Source: Octopus vulgaris (lineage: Eukaryota). From it: 64,000 nt of DNA. The notes under the pieces are model-generated. The model saw only the letters and a program-made list of their open reading frames with translations. It searched no databases and had not been told where the DNA came from. The stretch is taken from the NCBI GenBank assembly GCA_951406725.2, contig OX597840.1, positions 39,742,001 through 39,806,000 on the forward strand. Reading direction: 5' to 3'. Below, piece after piece: positions 28,620 through 42,112 of this stretch (positions within the stretch are counted from its first letter, which is position 1; the number at the start of each line of letters is the position of its first letter). The position numbers were made by a program, and so were the translations under genes.

Positions 28620-28656
<37 letters not shown>

Positions 28657-28657
28657 G

Positions 28658-29020
28658 TTTCTTTATTGGCTACACAGGGCTGCACACAGATGGGACAAGT
28701 TACAAGGTAGAGCTTTTCTTTTGGGGGATGAAGAGAACAAAAAACAAAAGAAAAAAAAATGGGGGTGGCGTAGGTTTTCGATCAAGAGGGATCGTAAAAG
28801 GGAAGAAAAGAACAAAAAAAAATTTGAATAAAATAAAAGGAATAAAAAAAAAAAAAAGAAAAGGAAAAGGAACAAAAGGAAAGAGAAATGAAAAAAGAAG
28901 AAAAAAGGGGAAAAAAGGGGGAAGAGGAAAAAAACGATCAATAGGGATCGTGTATCACAGTGTTATGATATATGGTGTAAAGGGGAAAGCAAGTAAGGTT
29001 TATCCGTGGGAAGAAAAGCC
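28658..29020 (-). mobile_element. 5'-truncated non-LTR retrotransposon 3' end inserted in (GATA)n (possibly Tx1-type)
   Basis: Non-microsatellite block, pyrimidine-rich on the minus strand, ending AATAAAGAAA and flanked by (GATA)n on both sides. Clade assignment is inference. Confidence 0.5.
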
Positions 29021-29045
29021 TAGATAGATAGATAGACAGATAGAC

Positions 29046-29109
<64 letters not shown>

Positions 29110-29599
29110 TGATTGATTGATAAAGATATATATATATAGAGAGAGTGTGTGTGATTGAGTGAGTGATTGAGTGGGTGAGTGAGAGCGTAAGAGAGTGATG
29201 TAAATACAGTTGCCCGTATATTTTCCCAAGACATATAGCATCTTCATCAATATCAATGACCTGTCAACTTCTCGCCCCAACTCTATTATTAGCTGTAAGT
29301 GGATGTACATTCTACACAGTTGTCAGAATGAGTTGTCGTCTGACAGGTCTGTCTTTATGTTATGCATTCAATGGTAACTATTTTCTACTTGGTTTTTGTA
29401 GAGTTTTTAGCAGTTAAACACTCTTCTCTGATGACTTCTCGATTTGTTAACTCTGTATTAATGAATTAATTTAGAAAATTATACGTTGTTTAACGAAAGA
29501 GGTGAGAAATTTATTCAAAATTGAATAATTCCGATGTGTCCATTCCTTCTTGACGTCTTTTGTAATACGTTCATAGAGGGCGTCTATGTTTTGGCTTCC

Positions 29600-30273
29600 A
29601 AATACTCTCTGTGATGACATGGGTGCAGATGCAAACTTACCTGGACCGCCACCTCGCGGCCGTATCTCCACCAGTTTACCTCTTTCGCTCTCATTGCTGT
29701 TAAAACTTTTTCGTCTTCCTCCATATTTTACATAATGGCTGCCACCAACCACGCCTCCTCAATCTCTGGGGGTACTCTGCCAATCCTTACCCTGACCACT
29801 CGTTTGCCACAGTAAGTTGGCAGAAGTACCCAGTCTGGTGTCCATAGCGCCACAATGGATTGGTTTATCGCGTCTTGTTTTCTCGCGAAGTTTACCTCCG
29901 CTGTGCCGTACTTCTTCCCTCTGGTATAGAATGTTGTGGGTTTTTTTACTTCCCCTAATCACTCCTCTATATCTCCCACAGTAGCTATTTCAATTCTATT
30001 CGTTGCCGAGGACAGCGTTTTTTACAACATTGTCCGCTTCGTTACGCTCGCTGTCAAATTTTCCGGCGGTGTCAACCTCAAACTGGTTCAATGCTTCTCG
30101 ATATGTCTGTGGAACTCCTTTAACTTCTTTTGCTCCATTTTCGCCTCTCGAACCTGTAATATGTCCTCAATTAAACCTCTTCCAATGGCTGAAGCATAGC
30201 TGCCGGCTAGGACTAGTTCGTTTTCCAGCCTTCCTTTTTTCTCTAGTTCACCTTTAAATGGGGAGGAAACCAA
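29600..30273 (-). pseudogene. Decayed ORF, probably LINE ORF1-like
   Basis: One frame reads through several stops: MVSSPFKGELEKK...RHIEKH*TSLRLTPPE...FYTRGKKYGTAEVNF...WVLLPTYCGKRVVRVRIGRVPPEIEEAWLVAAIM. Protein-like over ~220 codons; identity inferred. Confidence 0.5.
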
Positions 30274-30559
30274 TTATAAAATCACAGAAAAGCAGCATCT
30301 AACAATTCAACAATTCAACAATGAGGTTCAACAAATAGGTTCGTCCTTACGGGAGACCTTCAACAGATAATTAACAATGCGACTTACGTCTAACAGGGAT
30401 CAGAAATGATTAAATCAAACAGAAAAACAAAGTTAGCTCCCCGCTGACAGATCACTTAGTTGTTATTTATTGCCATCGGTAAGATCACCTGTCACGTGCG
30501 TGTGTTGATGATTCTCCTATAACATTCTTCTATTCCCTCTCTAGTGTATTGTATGTATA

Positions 30560-30909
30560 GGCGCAGGAGTGGCTGTGTGGTAATTAGCTTGTTTACCAAC
30601 CACATAATTCCGGGTTCAGTCCCATCTTGGGCAAGTGTCTTCTGCTATAGCCCCGGGCCTTGTGAGTGGATTTTGTAGACGGAAACTGAAAGAAGCCTGT
30701 CGTATATATGTATATATATATATATGTGCGTGTGTTTGTTCCCCTAGCATTGATTGACACTTAGCGGTTCGGCAAAAGAGACCGATAGAATAAGTACTGG
30801 GTTTACAAAGAATAAGTCCCGGGGTCGATTTGCTCGACTAAAGGCGGTGCTCCAGCATGGCCGCAGTCAAATGACTGAAACAAGTAAAAGAGTAAAAGAG
30901 TAAAAGAGT
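30560..30909 (+). mobile_element. SINE family A (internal deletions)
   Basis: Head and (AAAAGAGT)n tail match family A. Confidence 0.9.
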
Positions 30910-33073
30910 ATACAATCAACCAGATTCTTGTTTTTTCTTTTATTTTTTCCATTCCTTGATATCGGCAGTCCACAAACATCTTTAGTTGGAAAGCAACGAT
31001 GTAGATTCTATGCGGTCTGCTAAAAACAACAGATAATTCTCTATCGCTTCATAAGCTAACGTCTCAGAAAATGAGGAAAAGTGATTTAATAAATAAAGAC
31101 GACGCCATTTGGTGTATTCTATAACATCAGAAAACAAAAACAAATTAAGAGAAGAGAGTTAAATTTTACCTGTTCGAAAGATTTTTAATATTACGCAAAG
31201 TTAAACCAAGCCACCTCAGAACTGAAGAACGACGAGAATTACGACAAGAGTAACAGCAACGATAGAACAAAAATGGGACAGAACGAAGAATGGAGAGCAA
31301 ATGTGTTATTCAGTACTTTCCAAATGAATGTCGCTGTAGATTGAGAGAACGAACTAATACTTTCCGTATTGTCACTAATCATAGTGATTCAACAATTTCA
31401 TTAAATTGTTGTCTTGTTTGCTGCTTGTTACTAAGAAATAATTGATTGGATTTTAAACAGAAAATGATTAAAACTAAGATTCACTTAAAATGTCTCAGAC
31501 AACCAAACAGAAGCTATTTCTCTCTCGTTTCCTATGAAATCTAAAACTGAATAGCTTAGAAATAAATTATGAAGATGTGAATAATGAAGCTTCTATGTTG
31601 ACAGTGGATGCGAGAAATAGCAGTGAATTCCTCATCAAACTACGCAGAGCTTTTTTCTTCTTTTAAAGAATATATTCAACATAAGACGCCTGAGTTAATA
31701 AAGTTTGAAAACGAGAAGGGCATTAGGCGACTGGGTGCTGCTCTTGGGCAGGTTTGACAGAACATTTAGCTGGTTTTGATGAGAGTACTTTTTGGCACAG
31801 GCGACAAACACGCACACGTATTCACACGCGGACGATTGAGTAGGAATATACACGTCGAGATTAAGGTAATTTGAGAGGAAGTAGAGGAGAGACACATTAT
31901 AATTCAATAACTGAAAACGGTTCACATAAACAATCATAGACATAAAGAGAAAAATCCTCACACATATATACAGAGGGAGGCGGCTGGGGAAAAAGCAAGG
32001 GAATCATTAAAACGCCTGATATTAAATAAGTTCAGCATTGAATCAATGATGCCAAGTAGGTGGCGCCAAAACGGCCCTGGTTATGAGTCTGAGTGTATCG
32101 TTATTGAGGGTCTGTTTCTGATGTGTCAGCATTTGTGGTGTGTAGAGTAACCGCTTAGCCATTATTGATTTCAGGCCGACTCAGATTACCCAAGTCGTCT
32201 TGTCAGGTCCCCTGCAGTCGGTTTACTAGCATGTGTAATGTCAATCCGTCTGAACGCCTGAATTCAGAAATATTCATGTTTGGTGACAGAAAGTTATTTC
32301 AGCAACCCCTCCTACATAGAAATGAAAGACTTTGACTGTTAAGTTCCAGCGATTAGTGCCTGGTATTCTTGTATAACGGTAACGCTTTTGTGAATAGAAT
32401 TTCTACTGGATTTTACGCAACACTGTAGCCAATTTGTTAAAAACCAAAATCATTTAAAACTCATTTTTATTTTAATATTTTTTCTCTCCATGACAATCAA
32501 TTCTCCGTCCCGTGATCCAATATCTATGACTTTCTTTCAACAGACAACTATAAAACAAAACAACACCTGTTGTTCACACATTCAAATGTTCACAAAAGCA
32601 TAAAATATGTGTGCTAGAAGAAATATCAAAATAACTAAAAAATATAAAGACCGGAACAGCGAAAGGAATAAAAATGTAAATTTGTTTCATGTAGTTGATT
32701 AAAGAATACAGCGTTCGCTATATCCTGCGGTTACAATTAAATGCTACAGTCTTGTTATAACGACATCATAGCGCGAGTTTACACATCAATTCACGTGTGT
32801 TTTCTTCTATGGTGTCTATTTTAATGGGAACGTTCATAAAATTCCTGTGATATGATCATTATGCTTTACTTAATAAGATATTTAGATGTGTTTTCCCCCA
32901 CACTTCTTAGATGCGAGATGCGAAGCTAAACGTTGAACAAGGCAGTTAATGGCGAGTTGATAAATTATCAATCTAGGTACACGCCGCCATATATACTTTG
33001 TGTGTACGAATGTGTGTATGAATGTGTATGAGTGTGTGTATGTGTCTATATGTGTGCGCACACAGACACAAAA

Positions 33074-33108
<35 letters not shown>

Positions 33109-33162
33109 CATATACATATACATATATATATATATATATATATTCGTACATACACACACATA

Positions 33163-33213
<51 letters not shown>

Positions 33214-33288
33214 CATGCGTAGTGCACATAGATTAAGTACATATATATATATTAGTTCATCTATGTATATAATTATGTATGTGCGTGC

Positions 33289-33329
<41 letters not shown>

Positions 33330-33478
33330 ATGTATATCTATATATATACATATATATATATGTATATATATAAATAAATATTATATACATATATATATAT
33401 GTGTGTATATCTATGTATGTATATATACGTATATATAGAGATAAATATATATATACATACACACATATATGAATGTAT

Positions 33479-33547
<69 letters not shown>

Positions 33548-33896
33548 GAAAGAGAGAGATTGATAGAAATAAATTCGCATATATGTATGTGCCTCTATAT
33601 GCGCGTGTCTCCGTGTGTTTGTGCATACGTGTGAGTGAATATACTTATATAGAAATCGAGAAAAAGATAAAGATACAACGCAGATTTCATGATTGTAACA
33701 ACAGATTCACTGATATTCCGTTTCACTCAACTTTGCATACAGACAAAATACAATCACACAACACAACATCTTTACTCTTGGTTGAATATCACGGAGTTCA
33801 GTATCATCAAAGACTAAACCATAACTTGCTATTAGAGGCGATTAATACCTAATCAAGATTACATAAAAATATTTTGAAATACAAAGGATTAAATTT

Positions 33897-34272
33897 ATCC
33901 AATAAAATCGCCATTGGCTCCAAGCTCGCTCTCAAGACGTCTTCGGAATATCCTGCAAATCTTTTCGTCGGTATCCTTGTTTAAGTTGGTGAATGCTGTC
34001 ACAATCCATGCCTTCAGTTCATCGTTGGTGTTACAAGGAATTTTGTTGATCTCTCGCTCAACTGCACCCCACACATAATAACTAAGGGGGTTGCACTCTA
34101 GGGAGTTACATGGCCAGATGTTAGGAGTGATGTGGTCGCAGAAATTGTCTGACAGACATGGCTGGGTTCTCCTGCTTGTGTGGCATGGTGCAAAGTCCTT
34201 TTGCCAGACTTATGGCCTTCCAGCAGCTACCCTCTTGACTCAGGGCAGTACTACCTACTCCAGGCACTTGAT
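33897..34272 (-). pseudogene. C-terminal remnant of Tc1/mariner DD37D (maT-type) transposase
   Basis: Minus strand: VWQKDFAPCHTSRRTQPCLSDNFCDHITPNIWPCNSLECNPLSYYVWGAVEREINKIPCNTNDELKAWI...ANGDFI. 37 residues separate the QxD aspartate from the (mutated) NPLD position. Confidence 0.8.
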
Positions 34273-35509
34273 GTTTGATTTTTATCACTCTCGGTACATG
34301 TCCTGAGTTCGCACTGTCCTCATATCGACACGCAAACAGTCTGATATGTTCTTATTGGAGACTCTTGCGCGGTTTCCAATCAGTACAGCATGTAGTTTCC
34401 AAATTCCTGGCACAGTTAATAGTTTCGTTGTGTTGTTCTTCTCACAGACGGTGTCCGACTGACCCTACTATACTGTGTTGTCGATAAAATAGATAGATAG
34501 ATAGACTTGGCGAGGGAAGTATCTATCGCTTGTCTATGTCCCCTTCTTTCTCTTTTCCATTCTGCCCTTCAGTATCTCCTTTCTACCAATTTTCGCACCC
34601 TCTTTCTGGTCTTCCTGTCTTTCTAACTACTCTTTGCCAATATGCATCCCAGAATCCATAAACTTTCTGTCTTACGACCTCCTGATTTTCTACACATCAA
34701 AAAAAAAAAAAACCTAACGCTACCATTTTTATTTGCCACCCATGTGTTATGCTACGACAACTCTATTAAATTTCCCTCTTATTTAAAAACAAGTGTTTTC
34801 CCCTACTCGCACAAATTACTCAGCGTCCATCTTTGTTATGTTTTACATAAATCCAAAACCTGCAGTCTGAGGAGCATAAAGCGTAACGATATTGCATGAA
34901 ACTTGCAGTATTGCTTAATCGATTAGCAGAATGATTGTCATTATGTTAATGACTCCCTCTTTAATAGAGTTAAGGGCTCTTAATATTTTAATAGACACCA
35001 TAACTGATCACATATGACGATACGCACATGCACATACGTATATAAACATATTTTTATGCTAATATTCGTGCGTTTATCTCTCCCTCGCTTTGTGCCTCTC
35101 TCTTCCTCTTTGTGTGTCTGCCTCTCTTCCTCTCTCTCTCACTCTCTCATTACACACACACACACACACACATACACACACACACATATATATATGAATG
35201 TCAACAAAAATTTATTAAAGAGTGAATATAAATTAATAAACGTAAAATTTCGCCTAAAGCTCCAGATAAACAACATCTCCAAATCGAATTTATAAAAATT
35301 CTCTTGAAAAATCGGACTGTAATGTTTATACATCAACAGAATGTGGCAGTCCTATAAAGGACGATATTACTATTCTTTTACCCCAGGAAAACATCTTTTC
35401 CAGCTAGCTATCACCACACAATTTACGTCCATATAGCATTTGCATGGGAAGTCATAGCTCCCAATTCTAGCATTAGATTATAGTCACAGACCGAGGTTTC
35501 TGGGTGTTA

Positions 35510-35595
<86 letters not shown>

Positions 35596-35699
35596 GTGTA
35601 TATATCTGTGTATATATGTATGTGATTTGACCGTAACACCGGATGATATTTAGCACAAATATATACATCTACAAAACTAGTGTACTCCAAGTCTTATCC

Positions 35700-36078
35700 T
35701 TTGTCGGTGAATCTTGAATGTTCTACAAAAGCTCGATTAAGATATTCGAACAGTTCCACCAAATCTTTACTGAACGAGAAGTTGATCATACATACGTGGA
35801 TAATGAAGCTGTAGCGAAATCTCCAATGATTAGCCCTGAAGCCATCATCGTTCGGAGTGTTTTGTTGTGGTTTGGACATCTTCGACTGAACAATACCAGA
35901 ATTCCAGAGTATTTGTTTGATGACGAATTGAAACAAGGAAACAGGGAAGTCTCTAAACTCCAGGACAGTCTTAAGATGAACTACAATAAATGTGTCATTT
36001 CTATTGAGATTTGGGAAGACCAAGATGCTAATGAAGTAAAAAGTAGAAAAATAATCTTAGATGGTGCAGCAAATTTTA
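35700..36078 (+). pseudogene. RTE-clade LINE ORF C-terminal remnant
   Basis: ORF 35718-36152 contains LLWFGHLRLNNTRIPEYLFDDELKQGNR...QDSLK...C.ISIEIWE (cf. RTE LRWxGHxxRMxxxRxPKxLLYGEL). Confidence 0.8.
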
Positions 36079-36179
36079 TTTTATTTTATTTTTGTCTTTG
36101 GTCAGAAGGTGTTATTTCGTACTTGCTTGAATCTACAAATCAAAGGAAATGACAACTATTCCCTTCACACGTTGCTTCG

Positions 36180-36430
36180 GTGATCTGGATATCAATGTTT
36201 TGAAACTGATCTATTTTTCATTACGTTTCAGACAGATTCAGCGCTGGGTTGCCGAAGCAGAAACATTGTGATAACAAATATATTGTTCAGTACGTCAGAC
36301 ATGTTTGTCAGTTGTTTGACCTTAACGACTTGAGCATATCCCTTACTGTTTAATAATATCTGAATCGCTGATCATGAGTAGGAGTAGTGGCAGGGCACCA
36401 AATCCATATGTTGAGAGGGTTTCTGTGGGG
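36180..36430. mobile_element. Diverged interspersed repeat related to 39300-39475
   Basis: Shared TTG.TCA.TAC..CAGA..TG..TGTCAG.TGTTT.A.CTTAAC...TTG.GCAT.TCCCTT. Confidence 0.5.
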
Positions 36431-36599
36431 TTTGAATAAATGTGACATAAGGAAATTTTGAAGGAAATATTAGCCAGTTTTCAGACATTTCAAGGGTAGG
36501 CAAATAGGAAATAACAGTTGGTAGCCAAGGACAAAAATCGTGTTACTTGTTATTTGAGAGGGAAGGAATTCAGCATACATCGTATAAAACAGAAATTCG

Positions 36600-36760
36600 G
36601 AAGAGGGAAGCAAGCAGTGGCTTACTCTTATATGAGGCCATGATGGTATGAATCAGGTCCAGGAACCCCGAGAAGTTGGTTTGAACTGCACACTTTGTGG
36701 TGAAGTGATGAAGTCGAAAGCTGGAATGAAGAGTTATTTATGACGCAAAGAAAGACGCGC
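36600..36760 (+). pseudogene. Possible RTE terminal zinc-finger remnant
   Basis: Translation LNCTLCGEVMKSKAGMKSYL resembles the CxxC..S..GL.SH end of RTE ORFs; collinear with 35700-36078. Confidence 0.4.
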
Positions 36761-37122
36761 AGCAAAAAGAATTCCTTGATGTCTTTGTTGAAGAAGAGGT
36801 GACAACTAATAATGTATGTATATGTGCTACGAGGACAGGAATATCTTGAAAAGCTATAAGCCCCGCTACAACAGACTAGCAATAAACATGGAAGACTTCG
36901 TTGAATAGAACAGAATATGTGCTATTAATATTTAATAATTAATGACACGATCAAAATTGTTTTTGAAGCTGAAGAACAGAAAGTGATAGAGAGGCGGATA
37001 TAAAAGAAACAAAGCATTCATGCAATACGATAATTAATCAAATCTCCAGCAAAAACAAAACACAAACAATACAAAATGCACACAAACACACACATAAACA
37101 ACTACACATATATACATACATA

Positions 37123-37203
<81 letters not shown>

Positions 37204-37360
37204 GTGTGTTTTTGTATGTATGTATGTATGTGTATTTGTATGTATGTTTACATGTATATATACACACGTATATATATATGTATGCATGTATGTATATAAA
37301 TATATATATATATGCATATATAGAAGTATATATATATTTCACACTCTCTCACAATACACA

Positions 37361-37411
<51 letters not shown>

Positions 37412-38179
37412 CTTATACATATATATGCTCATATATGTATATATATATTCATATATATGTATATACATATATATATGTATATATATATTCATATATATGT
37501 ATATTCATATATATATTTATTCACGGATATCAGACGTATAAATATATGCATAAACATACAAGTATATATGTATGTATATATATACACACATATATATATA
37601 TGCATTATATATATATATATGCTTTATATATAGTTTTTCAAAATATAATCAATTAAAATAATTGTATTTGTAAAATTTCGCTTCAATAAAATTTTCCTAC
37701 AGAGACTCCCCCCCAGCTCCCCCAGCTACCCACAGCTCCCCCTATCTCGCCTCGAATCCCACCCTCGCCCCAATACCTCCCCCGTTTCCTGTGAAATGTT
37801 TCAGGGCGTCCATTTGTGTATTATCGTATTATTTAAGCGGGAGCGGAGAGAGAAAGATAAAGAAAGAGAGAGAGAAAGAGAGAGAGATTAAGTGAGAGAG
37901 TGATGATTATAGTTTATGTTTACAGTTATTAATGTTGTTGTTATTTATCAGCGCTGCCTTTTTCCCCCCTCTCCCCGCTCTCCCCCTATCTACCCCCCAC
38001 AATCGCTCACAGACTCAACGCCATTTCATATCAACATTCGTTATCTCCCTTTCTTCTCTCCTTCATAATGAAGTGATGCGATTTTCTACAAATCCATATC
38101 TTGTGTTCCTTTTGTTTTTTTGTTGTTGTTTTTTTTCATTTTATACTTTCAAGCATAATACAACGATTTATAGTTGTGG

Positions 38180-38249
38180 AAAACTACTACTACTACTACT
38201 ACTACGCAGAAGAAGAAGAATGAGTAGAAGAAGAAGAAGAAGATGATGG

Positions 38250-38292
<43 letters not shown>

Positions 38293-38425
38293 GAAGAAGA
38301 AGAAGAAGAAGAAGAAGAAGCAGGAAAATGAAGAAGAAGAAGAAGAAGAAGAAGAAGAAGAAGAAGAAGAAGAAGAAGAAGAAGAAGAAGAAGAAGAAGA
38401 AGAAGAAGAAGAAGAAGAAGAAGAG
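38180..38425. repeat. (CTA)n(GAA)n(GAT)n(GAA)n microsatellite
   Basis: Read directly. Confidence 0.95.
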
Positions 38426-38435
38426 TATTTTGTAA

Positions 38436-39290
38436 TACAGGCATAAGATCTGAAATTTGGGGGAAGGGAGAAGATAAGTCGATTACATCGACCCCAGTGT
38501 TTCCCAGGTACTTAATTTATTGACCCCGAAAGAATGAAAGGCAAAGTCGACCCTCAGAACGTAGAAAAGTGCGACAATCAGCTACGGATTTCGCCCAGCG
38601 TGCTAACGATTCTGCCAGACCTCGCCGCCTTTAGAATATAAAAATAATGGTGTCAACTGTAGGCGCAAGGCCTGGAATTTGGGGGAGGGAACAATCGATT
38701 ACATCGACTCCAGTATGCAACTGGTACTTAATTTATCGACCCCGAAATAATGATAGGTAAAATCGACCCTCTGCGGAATTTGAACTCAGGACGTACCAAT
38801 GTGTGAAATACTTATTTCTTTACTGCCCCCGAGATGCTAAACACAGAGAGGACAAACAAAAACAGACAAACGGATTAAGTTGATCATATTGACCCAGTGC
38901 GTAACTGGTACTTATTTAACTGACCCCAAAGGATGAAAGGGAAAAGTCGACCTCGGCGGAATTTGAACTCAGAACGTAGCGGCTGACGAAATACCGCAAA
39001 GCATTTCGCCCAGCGTGCTAAAGTTTCCGCCAGCTCGCCACCTTAAGAATATTAATAACTGCGGGGAGCTGGCTGAAATTGTTAGCACGCCGGGCAAAAT
39101 GCTTTGAGTTATTTCGTCTGCCGTTGCGTTCTGAGTTCAAATTCCGCCGAGGTCGAACGTGCCTTTCATCCTTTTCGGTGTCGATTAAATAAGTACCAGT
39201 TACGCACTGGGGTCGAGGTAATCCACTTCGTCCCTTTGTCTTTCCTTGTTTGTCCCTTCTGTGTTCAGCACCCTGTGGGCAATAAATATA
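38436..39290. mobile_element. Cluster of SINE family B (minus copies to ~39043, plus copy ~39061-39290)
   Basis: Head GAGCTGGC.GAA..GTTAGCACGC, B-box GAGTTCAAATTCC, central GCCTTTCATCCTTTCGGGGTCGAT.AAATAAGTACCAG (resembles the MetaSINE central domain as I recall it). Confidence 0.85.
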
Positions 39291-39719
39291 TAATTAATAA
39301 CTGCCCTGATGCACTACCAGGCACTGGCTCTCATAGCTTTTGATCTTAACTGATTGGAAATGGTATGATGTTTCGTTTTGGTGTAAAAGATGGACTGCAC
39401 CAAAAATTTTGCTCAATACCCCAGATTTGCCTGTCAGCTGTTTAAACTTAACCAGTTGGGCATGTCCCTTCGTGACAAGCAAAAACACTACTGGCGCCTT
39501 TGAAGCAGCTCATACTAATATTCGTACTTCTACTACTGCCTATGCTACTGCACATTTTGAAGCTGCATGTATTGTTGGTACATCTCCATGTTGGCCACGA
39601 CTGGATTCACTTTAAGTTCGAATCCAGTCAAGCGCAGCATCGCCTTTCATCGTTTCGGTGCGTCGAAAAAATATAATTTAGAAGACCGCTATTTAGGCAG
39701 TCCTGTCTTTCCTTTTATC

Positions 39720-40037
39720 TTCTCTTTTACTCGTTTCTGTCTTTGAACTGCGGCCATGCTGGGGCACCGTATTGAAGATATTAGAGTCGAGCGATTCGAC
39801 ACCAGTACTTACTTATTTTATTTTACTTTGTTTGTTTGTTTCCTCCTTTTTTCTTTTGTTTGTTTGCTTGCTTTTGTTTTTGTTTTTAAACCTGTTATTA
39901 TTCTCTCGCTCCACTTTGCCGCACCGCGGACGTAAACAAACCAATACTGGTTGCCATGCGCACACAATCACACACACATAAACACAGGCACATATATGCA
40001 TGTTGAGCTTCTTTCAGTTTCCGTCAACCAAATCCAT
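39720..40037 (-). mobile_element. Diverged SINE family A
   Basis: CTGCGGCCATGCTGG.GCACCG ... CTTCTTTCAGTTTCCGTC.ACCAAATCCA. Confidence 0.7.
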
Positions 40038-40498
40038 CACAGACGACACTTTCTCTGCTCAAAGTGCCGAACAGTAATGCTGATCCCATACCAAGTGGTA
40101 GCAAAGCGAGATTTACTAACCATACAGCCATCCCTGGTCTTATATAAGAAACAAATCTCCGTTGGACAGTCAAGCGTTTAACAAAAGAAAGGCGCATCAC
40201 ATACATTAATTTGTAATTCAGAAGAAATCTGACATCTTTTGTGAACCGCTACGGCCATTGGTCAATTAGAATAGGGATGGCTTAAAGCTAAAGACAACAA
40301 CAATAATATCAATGACAAGAAATATAACGGAACGAAGAAAAGTTATTGTCAAGGCCAGCTGACCTCCTTTTTTTTACGAGCATGGCAACATTCTGTCAGA
40401 CTATGATGAATAAATTTACACACAAATATATACACACAAGCACACGTGCACATGAGTTCATATACATAAAAACATGCACACAGACGCATATATACAAG

Positions 40499-40586
<88 letters not shown>

Positions 40587-40659
40587 TATATATAGATAGA
40601 TATATATATATATTATAGATATATAGATGATAGATAAATAGATAGATAGATAGATAGAT

Positions 40660-40773
<114 letters not shown>

Positions 40774-40793
40774 TATATATATATATATATATA

Positions 40794-41150
40794 CTAGCAG
40801 TATAGCCCGGGTAGATAGATGAATGGATAAATAGATAGATAGATATTCAGATAGTGACATGTACATATGATGGTAAATTTTTTTTGAGAGTTAAAAAAGG
40901 TGGAGTTGCGTCCCCTAGACGGTCTGTGGTTTGGGTTTCTGATTCTCGACCCCATGTCGAATTTATCGATTTTTTTCAGAACTGGGGGAACTTTTCAAAA
41001 TTTTCGTTGCGTTAGTTTTGAATTATGACATTGGGCTATGTGTGTGTCAAGTTTCATCAGAATCGGTTGAAAGCCGTGGTCAGAGTGAGGGTACGAGAAA
41101 ACAGACACACAGAAAACGCACAGACAAACTGCCGTTTATATATAGAGAGA
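40794..41150 (-). mobile_element. Non-autonomous Helitron
   Basis: Minus strand starts A|TCTCTCTATATATAAACGGCAGTTTGTCTG and ends ..GCTATACTGCTAG|T (TC...CTAG in an AT target); residual GCCCGGG of the subterminal hairpin. Confidence 0.75.
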
Positions 41151-41281
41151 TATAGATGATAGATAAATAGCTAGACAAATAGATGGGATATAGATAGATA
41201 GATATATACATATATATATATATATAAATATATAGAGAGAGAGTGAGATAGATCGATCGATCGATAGATAGATAGATAGAT

Positions 41282-41334
<53 letters not shown>

Positions 41335-41741
41335 GAATGGATAAATAGATAGATAGATATTCAGATAGTGACATGTACTTGTGTGTATTTGTGTAGGTGT
41401 GTATAAGTGTATGTTTGCCTGTGTGTGTTTGTGGGGGGGGGGTTATTTGTGCGTGTAATTTACGCCGGTGTTGACGGCGGAGAAGAGAGAAAAAGAGAGT
41501 AAAAGCGTAAGTAGTGCATAAATAATTCGATTCCCTCAAATCAGTCAATAAAGTTTCTAACAATCTATTCTATTTTCTTATCCTCCGGGTTCTTTTCTTC
41601 CAGTCATCCTGTCATTTTTAGTTAGTGTATAATACATTTCACGCACACACACACACACGCACACGCATATATGTATAAAAGAGAGAGTCAGACAGACAGA
41701 CAGACAGAGGGACACACATGTATACATATACCCATATATGC

Positions 41742-41779
<38 letters not shown>

Positions 41780-41792
41780 TATTATTTAATTG

Positions 41793-41833
41793 AACGTGAC
41801 GCATCCGTTTCCAGGTAAGTGTATCTTCACCTT
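41793..41833 (-). ncRNA. Degenerate hammerhead motif at the end of a pLTR-like remnant (~41775-42110)
   Basis: Minus strand: AAGGT GAAGA tacacttacctg GAAA CGGATGCG TC^ ACGTT, then AATAAA and (TA)n. Stem III is one change from palindrome ACGCATGCGT; the core lacks CT. Confidence 0.5.
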
Positions 41834-42112
41834 TTTGATGCGACTCTCTACTCTATTCTATTTTCTTCCTCGTTCCTTCTCTAACACTCTTTTTCTTCCC
41901 TTCCTCCTTCACCATTTCCTATCTGCCCCTCTCCCTGGCCTCTTTCTCTTTTTCTCTCTCACTCTTTCTCGTTGCTCACACGTGAGCAACGTCCATCTTT
42001 CTTTCTTTTCTTCACGTAACCATCTTTCTTTTTCCTGCTCGGAGGTTTAAAAGTACGGATGTGTTTTTCTCTCTCTCCTCTATCTTTTCTCTTTTCAAAT
42101 AAAATGTTTCTC

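Noticed and set aside
41812-41820. Perfect splice donor CAG|GTAAGT
   Set aside because: No plausible upstream acceptor or exon; better explained as part of a minus-strand decayed HHR/pLTR.
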